This document shows, piece after piece, positions 15,196 to 24,963 of a DNA stretch of 62,095 bases. The stretch is from Patescibacteria group bacterium. Its GTDB lineage: Bacteria > Patescibacteriota > Minisyncoccia > Phycocordibacterales > JAKFXT01. The notes below the pieces were generated by a model. The model did no database searches and was not told the origin of the DNA. It saw nothing but the letters and a program-made list of their open reading frames with translations. How positions within the stretch are numbered: position 1 is the stretch's first letter; every line of letters starts with the position of its first letter. The stretch lies in NCBI GenBank assembly GCA_021731245.1, contig JAKFXT010000005.1, forward strand, positions 1 to 62,095. Reading direction: 5' to 3'. A program made the position numbers and the translations under genes.

Positions 15196-15726
15196 TTCCA
15201 AATTTAGCCAAGTGTATTTGAGGCCGTTATGTTCGCGCAATTCTTCAAAGATTTTTTTGGTGAAAATATGCTCGTAGGGAGGGAAGAAAGAGTCGCTCTT
15301 TTTTTCATCGTCAATAAGGGTTAGGTAAAGATTTGTTACATAGGGAAGAGCCAGAGTATAAATTTGTGCGCCGCCGCCAATAAAAATTTTGTCCGGATTT
15401 ATTTCCTTAGCTTTTTCTAAGGCCTCTTCAAAGGAGTGTGTTATTAAGATGCCTTCATATTTCCACTCTTTGTTTCTAGTAATAACTATGTTTGTTCGTC
15501 CTGGGAGAGGTTTCCCCAAAATTTTTATAATAGACTCAAATGTTTTACGACCCATAATTATTGGGTGACCCAAAGTTAGTTCCTTGAACCTTTTTAAATC
15601 TTCGGGTATATACCAGAGAAGCTCTCCTTCCATACCAATTTCGCGGTTTTTCCCCATGGCGACTACGATACCTATCTCCAAGGTCTTGCCCTCGATATTA
15701 TTTTGTTGTGCCTTTGGGATTTCCAT
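15190..15726 (-). CDS. folA: dihydrofolate reductase
   Basis: IVVAMGKNREIGMEGELLWYIPEDLKRFKELTLGHPIIMGRKTFESI is the DHFR signature. Confidence 0.85.
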   Translation of the reverse strand: MEIPKAQQNNIEGKTLEIGIVVAMGKNREIGMEGELLWYIPEDLKRFKELTLGHPIIMGRKTFESIIKILGKPLPGRTNIVITRNKEWKYEGILITHSFEEALEKAKEINPDKIFIGGGAQIYTLALPYVTNLYLTLIDDEKKSDSFFPPYEHIFTKKIFEELREHNGLKYTWLNLEK

Positions 15727-15762
15727 ATTTACGATTTACTCATAATGATATACTGAGCGAAC

Positions 15763-16326
15763 ATGTCAATCATAGGAATAAAAGAAGTAATAAGAAGAAT
15801 TAAGGAAGAGAAATTAATCACAGGTCTTGGTGGTCGTGATTTTTCAAATCCAGAAGGAACGGGAATAGACCTTCGTCTTGGAGCCGTTCACGAAATTATT
15901 GGAGGGGGCGCATATATAGAGGCAGATGGGGAAGCGGGCTTAGGTAGACGCAAAGGAGTTGAAACAAAAGAAATTTTTGCTTTGAAAGATGGAGAAGTTC
16001 AAGACGAATTAATTATTAAACCAGGTCAATATTATTTAGTGCAAACTGCAGAAACTGTAAATACACCACTTGATCTTATGCCAATGCTTTATCCACGAAG
16101 TTCTCTTTTTCGTGCAGGATTATTGTTGCTCGTCACCAAAACTGACCCAGGATATAAAGGCAAACTTACTTTAGGGATTACAAATCTAGGAGCTTTTGAA
16201 GTTAAGTTACAACTCGGTGCTCGTATTTGTAATATTGTTTTTCATAAAATAGAAGGTGAGGTCATTGGTTATCGTGGACAACATCAAGGTGGTCGCGTTT
16301 CACACGGAGAAGAAACACAAGTTTAA
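15763..16326 (+). CDS. dCTP deaminase/dUTPase-superfamily protein (divergent paralogue)
   Basis: Contains GIDLRLG and DPGYKGKLTLGITNLG, indicating a trimeric dUTPase fold. The exact activity is not determinable here. Confidence 0.6.
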   Translation: MSIIGIKEVIRRIKEEKLITGLGGRDFSNPEGTGIDLRLGAVHEIIGGGAYIEADGEAGLGRRKGVETKEIFALKDGEVQDELIIKPGQYYLVQTAETVNTPLDLMPMLYPRSSLFRAGLLLLVTKTDPGYKGKLTLGITNLGAFEVKLQLGARICNIVFHKIEGEVIGYRGQHQGGRVSHGEETQV

Positions 16327-16338
16327 ATATTTCGTACC

Positions 16339-16893
16339 ATGTTTTTATCAGATACAGACATAAAAAAGGCTGTTAAAAATGGTGAAATCGTCATTAAACC
16401 TTTTAATGAAAAGCAACTTCAGCCTGCAAGTTACGATATAACCTTAGGAAATAAGTTTGTTTTTCCTGTTGATTACAACGTTAGTTTCATAGATCCAGTA
16501 AAAAAGATTTTTCCAGAAACGAGAGAAATTACTATAAAAGAAAATGGTATTTTCGTTTTGCACCCAGGTATAAATGTTCTTGGTTACTCGACTGAATTTT
16601 TTGGTTCTGATGATTTTCTAATTCAACTTGGAGGAAAAAGCAGTCTCGCTCGCATAGGTCTATTGGTCCACAACACTGCTGGAATTATTAACCCAGGACA
16701 TTTTCTAAATGTTACTTTCGAGCTTTCGAATGCGGGGCACATACCAATCGTTCTTCGTCCAAACATGCCTATTGCTCAGATAACATTTTCCAAACTTACT
16801 TCTCCACCAAGCGTTAACTATAAAAAAGTGGGTAGATACGCAGGTAAAAACGACAAACACTTTGCTCCGCCGAAGAAACGTTCCAGTAAATAA
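16339..16893 (+). CDS. dcd: dCTP deaminase
   Basis: Contains MFLSDTDIKKAV..GEIVIKPF...QLQPASYDITLG and GGKSSLARIGLLVH. Confidence 0.8.
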   Translation: MFLSDTDIKKAVKNGEIVIKPFNEKQLQPASYDITLGNKFVFPVDYNVSFIDPVKKIFPETREITIKENGIFVLHPGINVLGYSTEFFGSDDFLIQLGGKSSLARIGLLVHNTAGIINPGHFLNVTFELSNAGHIPIVLRPNMPIAQITFSKLTSPPSVNYKKVGRYAGKNDKHFAPPKKRSSK

Positions 16894-16900
16894 TAAAATT

Positions 16901-17890
16901 ATGAAAAAAGAAAAAAAACATCCAGAATATCAGTATCTAGATCTTCTTAAAGAAATTTTAGAGAATGGTGATAGAAAAGTTGATCAGGGCACTGACGACG
17001 CTTCCTATAGTCTATTTGGCAAACAAATCCGTTTCGACCTCTCCGAAGGATTTCCTCTTTTAACTACGAAAAAAGTTTATTGGAAAGGCGTGCTCCACGA
17101 ACTTTATTGGTTTATGGCAGGAATGACCAATATAAAATATTTGGTAGATAATAATGTTCATATTTGGGATGATTATCCATATAGGATTTATAAAATAAAA
17201 AGCGGATTATCCGGCAAGAAACTTCTAACCAAAGAAGAATTTATAGAAAAAATTCATAATGATAAGAATTTTGCGAAGAAATGGGGAGAGCTTCCTAAGA
17301 TATATGGAGAATTATGGCGAAGTTGGCCAACTCGAACCAAAAGGACTATAGATCAGATTCAATGGGTAGTGGACGAAATAAAAAAGGATTCTAATGCCCA
17401 TAACGCGATAGTAAATTCTTGGAATCCAGAGTATCTCTATACTATGGCAGAGAAAAAAGACACTTCTTATTTTCCAATTTGTCACAACATGTATCAAGTG
17501 AACATTATAAAAGGTAGACTTTGTCTCAATTTATATCAAAGGAGCGCTGATATTTTTCTTGGGGTTCCTTTTAATATTGCCAGCTACGCACTTCTTACTA
17601 TTATTCTCGCTAAAATTTTAGGTTATAAACCGGGAGAATTTATTCACACTTTCGGCGATGTTCATATTTATGAGAAGCACTTAGATCAAGTAAAAGAACA
17701 ATTAAAAAGAAAACCGTTGCCTTTTCCTAAAATCAAAATAAACAAAAAATTAAAAAGCATTGATGACTTCAAGCCAGAGGATGTTATTTTAGAGAATTAT
17801 GAATCACACCCTCCGATAAAAGCAGAACTATCAGTTACGGGAGGATTTGGAACTTTTGATAGTAAAAGAAAAAACAAGAATAAAAAATAG
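16901..17890 (+). CDS. thyA: thymidylate synthase (ThyA) with an internal insertion
   Basis: Contains YLDLLKEIL, FPICHNMYQ and LYQRSADIFLGVPFNIASYALL. The ATG at 16901 is preferred to the listed 16862. Confidence 0.9.
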   Translation: MKKEKKHPEYQYLDLLKEILENGDRKVDQGTDDASYSLFGKQIRFDLSEGFPLLTTKKVYWKGVLHELYWFMAGMTNIKYLVDNNVHIWDDYPYRIYKIKSGLSGKKLLTKEEFIEKIHNDKNFAKKWGELPKIYGELWRSWPTRTKRTIDQIQWVVDEIKKDSNAHNAIVNSWNPEYLYTMAEKKDTSYFPICHNMYQVNIIKGRLCLNLYQRSADIFLGVPFNIASYALLTIILAKILGYKPGEFIHTFGDVHIYEKHLDQVKEQLKRKPLPFPKIKINKKLKSIDDFKPEDVILENYESHPPIKAELSVTGGFGTFDSKRKNKNKK

Positions 17891-17951
17891 ATATGATTTA
17901 ATGAATTTAGATTTAGAGGGGAATTACAAAGATAAATCTAAATTATTTACT

Positions 17952-19223
17952 ATGGCTAAAGAATACGAATATATTAAAAAACAAGACAAGAAGGTGTACG
18001 ATGCAATTTTAGGTGAAGAAAAAAGAGAGGCGGAAGGATTAGAGCTTATTCCATCAGAGAACTATGTCTCTCGTGCGGTGCGTGAAGCTAATGGTTCTAT
18101 TTTTACAAATAAATATTCTGAAGGTTACCCAGGAAAGCGTTATTATGGTGGGCAAACTTACACTGACTTAGTTGAAAGAATTGCAATTGAAAGAGCCTGT
18201 AAACTTTTCAAAGCCAAATTTGCAAATGTGCAAACTCACTCAGGGGCTCCAGCGAACATGGCGGTTTACGCAGGGCTCTTAAATCCAGGGGATACAGTGC
18301 TTGGAATGGATTTAAGTCACGGCGGACACTTAACTCATGGTCACCCCGTTACACTTTCTGCAAAAATATATCGCTTTGTCCGATATAAAATGAAAAATCC
18401 AGAAACTGGAGAAATTGATTATAAAGCGCTTCGCGAAACGGCTATAAAAGAGAAACCAAAAATTATTTTGGCAGGGTTTTCTGCCTATTCTCGCGAACTC
18501 GATTACAAAAAGTTTGTAGAAATTGCAAAAGAAGTGGGCGCAATAACAATGGCAGACATGGCGCATATTGCAGGATTAATTGCAGGAGGCGCCGTGAAAA
18601 ATCCATTCGATTATGGGTTTGATGTAATTACAACGACGACACACAAAACCTTTCGTGGTCCAAGGGGGGGGCTTATATTAATTCGCGACAGTGAAGAAAT
18701 TGCGCAGAAAATAAACAAGGCTGTTTTTCCAGGTCTTCAAGGTGGGCCTCATATGCACATCGTTGCGGCTAAGGCCATTTGTTTTGGAGAAGCTATGAAA
18801 CCATCTTTCAAAAAGTACGCTAAACAGATTTTGAAAAATGCTAAAGCAATGGAAGAAGTTTTCCGCGAAAATAAAATAAGAATGTTGGGTGGGGGAACTT
18901 CTAATCATCTTTTGTTAGTTGATGTGTTTGGTTCCCTCGGTATTACAGGTCGCGAAGCGGAAGTGGCATTGGACGAAGTAGGGCTTACTCTAAATATGAA
19001 TTCTATTGCCGATGACACAAGAAAGCCACTAGACCCTTCAGGAATTAGATTTGGAACACCGGCCATTACTACAAGAGGTCTTAAAGAAAAGGAGTGTAAG
19101 GAGGTTGCAGAAATAATGATTGAGACACTTAAAAATATAAAGGATTCTAAAAAGAAAAAAGAATTACGCGAAAGAGTAAGGAAGATTTGTAAGAAGTTTC
19201 CTATTCCCCAGAGATTTGTTTAG
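17952..19223 (+). CDS. glyA: serine hydroxymethyltransferase
   Basis: Contains LELIPSENYVS, YSEGYPGKRYYGG and TTTTHKTFRGPRGG. The ATG at 17952 (MAKEYEY) is preferred to the listed 17847. Confidence 0.9.
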   Translation: MAKEYEYIKKQDKKVYDAILGEEKREAEGLELIPSENYVSRAVREANGSIFTNKYSEGYPGKRYYGGQTYTDLVERIAIERACKLFKAKFANVQTHSGAPANMAVYAGLLNPGDTVLGMDLSHGGHLTHGHPVTLSAKIYRFVRYKMKNPETGEIDYKALRETAIKEKPKIILAGFSAYSRELDYKKFVEIAKEVGAITMADMAHIAGLIAGGAVKNPFDYGFDVITTTTHKTFRGPRGGLILIRDSEEIAQKINKAVFPGLQGGPHMHIVAAKAICFGEAMKPSFKKYAKQILKNAKAMEEVFRENKIRMLGGGTSNHLLLVDVFGSLGITGREAEVALDEVGLTLNMNSIADDTRKPLDPSGIRFGTPAITTRGLKEKECKEVAEIMIETLKNIKDSKKKKELRERVRKICKKFPIPQRFV

Positions 19224-19240
19224 TTGGTATAATTAAATAC

Positions 19241-19711
19241 ATGATAGAAGATGCGTTGGATGAGGTGCCTATATATCATCCGCTACTAAAAGTTAAACTA
19301 GAACATGTAAAAGTGATTCATTGTATTTTGTCGCATAAGGGCAAAATACTTCTAATACAGCGCAATCAAAGTATGCGTTATTACCCAGGGTATTGGAGTG
19401 GAGTTTGTGGCGTATTGGATGATCATGTGGAGATGCAGGATAAGGTCTTTCAAAAAATTGAAGAAGAAACAGGTCTTGGTAAAAAGGAAGTAAAAATAAT
19501 TAATCAAAAAAAACCAATAGAGTGTAAGGAGAAAATCTATGGAAAGGTTTGGGAAATAAACTCATTCTTAATCGAAGTTAATCCTAAGAATTTGCATTTT
19601 GATTTTAATTGTCAGGATCATGTTTGGGTCTCTCTTGAGGAGGCCCTGGAATACAATCTTCTTCCAGGAATGGGAGAAGTGCTCGAATCACTCTTTCCTG
19701 GTAAGCTCTAA
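19241..19711 (+). CDS. Nudix-like hydrolase (weak motif)
   Basis: GVLDDHVEMQDKVFQKIEEETGL approximates a Nudix box. The match is imperfect. Confidence 0.4.
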   Translation: MIEDALDEVPIYHPLLKVKLEHVKVIHCILSHKGKILLIQRNQSMRYYPGYWSGVCGVLDDHVEMQDKVFQKIEEETGLGKKEVKIINQKKPIECKEKIYGKVWEINSFLIEVNPKNLHFDFNCQDHVWVSLEEALEYNLLPGMGEVLESLFPGKL

Positions 19712-19723
19712 AATTGGGTATCT

Positions 19724-21400
19724 ATGATTAAACAAGAATTACAGAAACAGATTGCGAGAATTCTTAATATTCCTGAACCAGAAATACATCTGGAACATCC
19801 TGAGAATTTTTCTCATGGAGATTTTTCTTGCAATATCGCTTTAGTAAAAGCAAAAGAAGTCGGTGAAAATCCGAATAGTTTGGCGAAAAAATATGTTGAA
19901 AAACTTTCGGCGAGTAAATTAAACGATATTTCAAAAATAGAGGTGGCAGGACCGGGTTTTATAAATTTCCACTTATCTCGAGAATTTTTTGCTGACTCAA
20001 TAAAAGAAATAACTGAAAGCGAAAATTTTGGTGATAATAATTATTTAAACGGCAAAAAAGTGATGGTGGAATATACTGACCCGAATCCTTTTAAAGAATT
20101 TCACATTGGACACTTAATGACTAACACAATAGGGGAATCAATTGCTCGTTTATTTATAAAAAGTGACGCTGAGGTTAAAAAAGTTTGTTATCAAGGAGAT
20201 GTTGGTTTGCATGTTGCAAAAGCAGTTTGGGGGATGCAGAGAAAAAATACTGATAAGTTTTCTATAAAAGATTTAGCTGAAAGCTATGCTTTAGGAAACA
20301 AGGAGTATAAGGATAACGAAACTTCTAAAAATGAAATAGAGGAAGTAAATAAATCTCTATATAAAAGAGACGACAAAAAAACACTCTCTTTATACGAAAA
20401 AGGAAGATCATTGTCTTTGCAATACTTTGAAAAAATTTATCAAAAATTAGGAACTAAGTTTGATTATTATTTTTTTGAGAGTGAAACAGCTATTTTCGGT
20501 AAAAAAATGGTTGAAGAAGGATTGGGTAAGAATGTATTTGAAAAAAGTGAAGGAGCGGTGATTTATCCTGGGGAAAAACACGGACTTCATACTAGAGTTT
20601 TTATAAACAAGTTTGGGATACCAACGTATGAGGCCAAAGATTTGGGGTTGGCTAAATTAAAATATGATACTTTTTCATATGATAAATCAATTTCCGTTAC
20701 AGCGAACGAAATTACAGAATATTTTAAAGTTGTAAAAAGCGCCCTTTCTCAAATTGAATCGAAGCTTTCAGAAAAATTAATGCACATACCACATGGAATG
20801 TTGCGTTTACCAAGCGGGAAAATGTCTTCCAGAACAGGGGATGTTATTACGGCCCTTTCTTTAATTGATGAAGTAAAAGAAAAAGTTTTGGAAAAGATGA
20901 AAGATAGAAATATTAAAGATAAAAGTGAAGTGGCTGAACAAATCGCAATTGGTGCTATAAAGTTTTCAATTTTGAAACAATCACCGGGGAAAGATATTAT
21001 TTTTGATTTTGATAAATCAATTTCTTTTGAAGGGGATTCTGGGCCATATCTTCAGTACACCGCAGTGCGAGCAAATAGTGTTTTAGAAAAAGGGGATAAA
21101 TTTTCTCTAGGTAGATTTTTTGGTTTTAAGAAAGACAAAAGACCAAGTGAAGTCAGTAATATAGAGCGACTCTTATATAGACTGCCAGAAATAGTAGAAA
21201 GAGCTTGTAAGGAATACTCTCCACAGTATGTTGTCACTTACTTGTTAGAAGTGGCGGGAGCATACAATGCCTTTTATGGAAGTAATCAGATAATAGGAAG
21301 TGAGTATGAAAACTACTATTTATCAATTACTAAGGCGACAAAACAAGTGTTGGTTAATGGTCTTCAGGTTTTAGCTATAAAAACCCCGGAAAAGATGTAA
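19724..21400 (+). CDS. argS: arginyl-tRNA synthetase
   Basis: Has PNPFKEFHIGHL (HIGH region) and MSSRTG (KMSK-like). Length and domain order are typical of ArgRS. Confidence 0.9.
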   Translation: MIKQELQKQIARILNIPEPEIHLEHPENFSHGDFSCNIALVKAKEVGENPNSLAKKYVEKLSASKLNDISKIEVAGPGFINFHLSREFFADSIKEITESENFGDNNYLNGKKVMVEYTDPNPFKEFHIGHLMTNTIGESIARLFIKSDAEVKKVCYQGDVGLHVAKAVWGMQRKNTDKFSIKDLAESYALGNKEYKDNETSKNEIEEVNKSLYKRDDKKTLSLYEKGRSLSLQYFEKIYQKLGTKFDYYFFESETAIFGKKMVEEGLGKNVFEKSEGAVIYPGEKHGLHTRVFINKFGIPTYEAKDLGLAKLKYDTFSYDKSISVTANEITEYFKVVKSALSQIESKLSEKLMHIPHGMLRLPSGKMSSRTGDVITALSLIDEVKEKVLEKMKDRNIKDKSEVAEQIAIGAIKFSILKQSPGKDIIFDFDKSISFEGDSGPYLQYTAVRANSVLEKGDKFSLGRFFGFKKDKRPSEVSNIERLLYRLPEIVERACKEYSPQYVVTYLLEVAGAYNAFYGSNQIIGSEYENYYLSITKATKQVLVNGLQVLAIKTPEKM

Positions 21401-21447
21401 ATAAGCCCTTTTTGAGGGCTTAGCTAAACGTGATAGGATTTTTTAAT

Positions 21448-24400
21448 ATGGATGAAAAAGTGGAAAATAAAGGAAAAAGTGAACAAGCTCTGAAGGAAGA
21501 GGAAGTTTTGAAGTTTTGGAAGGAAAACAATATTTTTCAAAAAACACTAGAAAAAGAATCTCCTAAGGGCGAATTTATTTTCTATGAAGGACCACCGACA
21601 GCCAATGGTCGCCCCGGTATTCATCACCTAGAAGCGCGCTCTTTCAAGGATTTAATACCGCGTTTTAAAACTATGCAAGGCTATCATGTGCGCCGAAAAG
21701 CAGGTTGGGATACACATGGGCTTCCAGTGGAGCTTGAAGTTGAGAAAAAATTAGGACTTAAATCAAAAAAAGAAATCGAAAAATATGGAATTGCTGAATT
21801 TAATAAAAAGTGTAAAGAAAGCGTTTGGGAGTATATGGAGGAGTGGCAGAAGTTTACAGACAGGACTGGTTACTGGGTTGATTTGAATGATGCCTATGTA
21901 ACTTATGAGCCTTCATATATAGAGTCACTTTGGAATATAGTTTCTGAAGTTGATAAACAAAAATTACTTTATAAAGATTATAAAGTGGTGCCATGGTGCC
22001 CTAGATGTGGAACAGCACTTTCGTCACATGAACTAGCTCAAGGTTATCAAGATGTAAAAGACTTGTCGGTGTATGTGAAATTCGAATTAGTTGATGAGCC
22101 GGGAACTTTCTTTTTAGCTTGGACAACGACACCATGGACTCTTCCTGGGAATGTTGCGCTTGCCGTTGGTGAAAATATAAAGTACGCAAAATATAATTGG
22201 GCCGGAGAGAATTTTATTATGGCAAAAGAACTTGCCCATAAGTACCCAGGACACATGGTTGAAGAATACCTAGGTAAAGACCTTGTTGGTAAAAAATATA
22301 AACCACTTTATCCATTCTTAGAAAAATTACTTCCAGAAAATCAAAAAGAGAATTTAAAAAATGCTTTCAAAGTTTATGTAGCAGATTTTGTAACCACAGA
22401 AGATGGAACGGGAATTGTGCACACAGCAGTAATGTATGGGCAAGATGACTTTGAACTTGGAACAAAAGTAGGGCTTCCAAAACATCATTTAGTTGATGAA
22501 ACAGGACATTTTGTAAAAGGAACAGGATTTTTGGAAGGGAGATTCGTTAAAGAAGAAGATAAAAGCGGAAAACCAACATTGGCACTAGATATAATAGAGG
22601 ATCTTACAGAGAAAAATTTTTTCTCTAATAAAGAGAATTATTCTCATAGTTACCCATTTTGTTGGCGCTGTAAAACTCCACTCATATATTACGCGCGCGA
22701 CTCTTGGTATATAAAAATGACTGACCTTAAAGAAAAGTTAGTTAAGGAAAACGAAGGAATTAATTGGGAACCAAAACATATAAAAGAAGGGAGATTTGGA
22801 GAGTGGCTGAATGGTATAAGAGATTGGGCTATTTCTCGTGAGCGTTATTGGGGGACACCACTCCCTGTTTGGAAAAGTGAAGATGGGCAAGAACAGCTTG
22901 TTATTGGCTCTGTTAATGATTTAAAAAAATATTCTCCAAAATCGGGTAACGAGTATTTTGTAATGAGACATGGGGAGGCGGAATTTAATGTTAAAGGAAT
23001 ATTAAACGGTAAACAAAATAAAGAAAATAAACTTACTGAAAAAGGTCGTAAAGAAGCAGAAGATTCTGCAAAAAAAATTAAAGATTATAATATAGATTTA
23101 ATTTTTACATCTCCACTTCAAAGAACAAAAGAAACTGCCATTATTGTGGCTAGTAGTATAAATATAAAGGAGGGGGATATTGTTGAAGATAAAAGACTTG
23201 CTGAATTGCAGTTTGGCTTATATGAAGAAAAAACTGTTCAGGAGTATCACTCTTTTTATAAAAATGACGATGAAAGATTTAGTGTGGCGCCCAAAGGAGC
23301 GGAAACACTTTCTGATGTATGGCAACGTGTAGGTGATTTTCTTTATGAAATTGAAAGTAAATATAAAAATAAAAAAATATTAATCGTTACTCACGGAGAT
23401 CCAGCTATGACCATGGAGTCTATTTCTGAAGGGATTTCCCCAAGTTCTACAAGCTATAGTCACATTAATAGTCAAAAATATATAAAAACAGCTGAGGTTC
23501 GTAAAATTGATTTCGTACCTCTTCCTCATAATGAAAATTATGAATTAGATTTGCACCGTCCATATGTAGATGAAGTGGTTTTGGAAAAAGGCGGAAAGAA
23601 ATTATACAGAGTAAAAGAGGTGATGGATGTTTGGTTTGACTCTGGTGGTATGCCGTTTGCAGAGGACCATTATCCTTTTGAAAATAAAGAATGGATTGAT
23701 AAAAAAGGATTTCCCGCAGACTTTATATGTGAAGCGATAGATCAAACTCGTGGTTGGTTTTATACCTTGCATGCAGTTGGGAATTTAATGGGACGAGGAA
23801 AAGCATTTAAAAATGTAATTTGTTTGGGTCACATCCTTGATAAGGAAGGAAAGAAAATGTCTAAGTCTGTGGGTAATGTCATAAGTCCGTGGGAAATGAT
23901 TGACAAATATGGGACTGATGTTTTGCGTTTTTGGATGTATAGCGTGAATGCGGCGGGGGACTCTAAGAACTTTGATGAAAAAACTGTACAAGAAGTTTCT
24001 AATAAAGTATTTAATTTACTTGCGAATACCGCCCGTTTTTATGAAATGTATGCACCTGAATATTCTGGAAATAATAAAATTGAATCTAAAAATGTTTTGG
24101 ATATATGGATAATCTCACTTCTTAATAAATTAATTGCAGATGTTACAAAAGGACTTGAATCATATGATGCGCTTTCCGCTAGTCGCCCCATTAGAGATTT
24201 TATAGCAGAATTTTCTCAATGGTATATACGTCGTTCCAGAGACAGATTCAAAAGTGAAAATATAGAAGATAAAAATTCCGCAATATTAATAACGCGCACA
24301 GTACTAATAACACTTACAAAGTTACTTGCCCCGTTTTCTCCATTTTTTGCTGACGATTTGTATAGAAACTTACGAAATGAAAAAGAAGAGGAAAGCGTCC

Positions 24401-24963
24401 ACCTATCATCTTGGCCCGAAATAATTGAATTAAATTCAACCAATGAAAATTTGATTAGTGAAATGAAAATAGTCAGAGACTTCGTTACCTTAGCCTTAGA
24501 GCAAAGATCCAAGGTAAATATAAAGGTTCGCCAGCCACTTGGAGAATTGAAAATTAAAAATCAAGATTTGAAAGGAAGGGAGGAATTGTTGGTTCTTATA
24601 AAAGATGAAATTAATGTAAAGAAGATTGTTTTTGATGAAAATTTAGAAAAAGATGTTTTGCTTGATTTTAGTATCACACAGGAATTAAAAGAAGAGGGAG
24701 TGGCAAGAGATGTTATCCGTATGATTCAAGATAAACGTAAAGAAGCCAATCTTGTTCCACAAGATGAAATTATAGTTTCTGTAAGTGGTAAAAAATACAT
24801 TGTTGATGCTCTGTTTAAATTTCAAGATGAAATTCTTAAAGTTACAAATTCTAAAAAACTCAATTTGGGAAGCGGAGAGCTTTCTGGAGAAGGGGAATAT
24901 AGTTTAGAAATATCAAAAATTCCACCAAAGGCGGATTCGTCCTCAGGCGAAAAAAATAAATAA
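21448..24963 (+). CDS. ileS: isoleucyl-tRNA synthetase (type 2-like) carrying an internal histidine-phosphatase (PGAM-like) domain
   Basis: Contains PPTANGRPGIHH, WCPRCGT, CWRC, DWAISRERYWGTPLPVW, DLHRPYVD and KMSKS. The insertion spans about aa 506-700 of the listed ORF (nt 22945..23529) and carries RHGE, SPLQRTKETA and VTHGD. Confidence 0.9.
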   Translation: MDEKVENKGKSEQALKEEEVLKFWKENNIFQKTLEKESPKGEFIFYEGPPTANGRPGIHHLEARSFKDLIPRFKTMQGYHVRRKAGWDTHGLPVELEVEKKLGLKSKKEIEKYGIAEFNKKCKESVWEYMEEWQKFTDRTGYWVDLNDAYVTYEPSYIESLWNIVSEVDKQKLLYKDYKVVPWCPRCGTALSSHELAQGYQDVKDLSVYVKFELVDEPGTFFLAWTTTPWTLPGNVALAVGENIKYAKYNWAGENFIMAKELAHKYPGHMVEEYLGKDLVGKKYKPLYPFLEKLLPENQKENLKNAFKVYVADFVTTEDGTGIVHTAVMYGQDDFELGTKVGLPKHHLVDETGHFVKGTGFLEGRFVKEEDKSGKPTLALDIIEDLTEKNFFSNKENYSHSYPFCWRCKTPLIYYARDSWYIKMTDLKEKLVKENEGINWEPKHIKEGRFGEWLNGIRDWAISRERYWGTPLPVWKSEDGQEQLVIGSVNDLKKYSPKSGNEYFVMRHGEAEFNVKGILNGKQNKENKLTEKGRKEAEDSAKKIKDYNIDLIFTSPLQRTKETAIIVASSINIKEGDIVEDKRLAELQFGLYEEKTVQEYHSFYKNDDERFSVAPKGAETLSDVWQRVGDFLYEIESKYKNKKILIVTHGDPAMTMESISEGISPSSTSYSHINSQKYIKTAEVRKIDFVPLPHNENYELDLHRPYVDEVVLEKGGKKLYRVKEVMDVWFDSGGMPFAEDHYPFENKEWIDKKGFPADFICEAIDQTRGWFYTLHAVGNLMGRGKAFKNVICLGHILDKEGKKMSKSVGNVISPWEMIDKYGTDVLRFWMYSVNAAGDSKNFDEKTVQEVSNKVFNLLANTARFYEMYAPEYSGNNKIESKNVLDIWIISLLNKLIADVTKGLESYDALSASRPIRDFIAEFSQWYIRRSRDRFKSENIEDKNSAILITRTVLITLTKLLAPFSPFFADDLYRNLRNEKEEESVHLSSWPEIIELNSTNENLISEMKIVRDFVTLALEQRSKVNIKVRQPLGELKIKNQDLKGREELLVLIKDEINVKKIVFDENLEKDVLLDFSITQELKEEGVARDVIRMIQDKRKEANLVPQDEIIVSVSGKKYIVDALFKFQDEILKVTNSKKLNLGSGELSGEGEYSLEISKIPPKADSSSGEKNK

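Noticed and set aside
22945-23529. An intein as the explanation for the IleRS insertion.
   Set aside because: There is no Cys/Ser/Thr at the N-terminal junction and no His-Asn plus nucleophile at the C-terminal junction. The segment instead carries RHG-type histidine phosphatase motifs.
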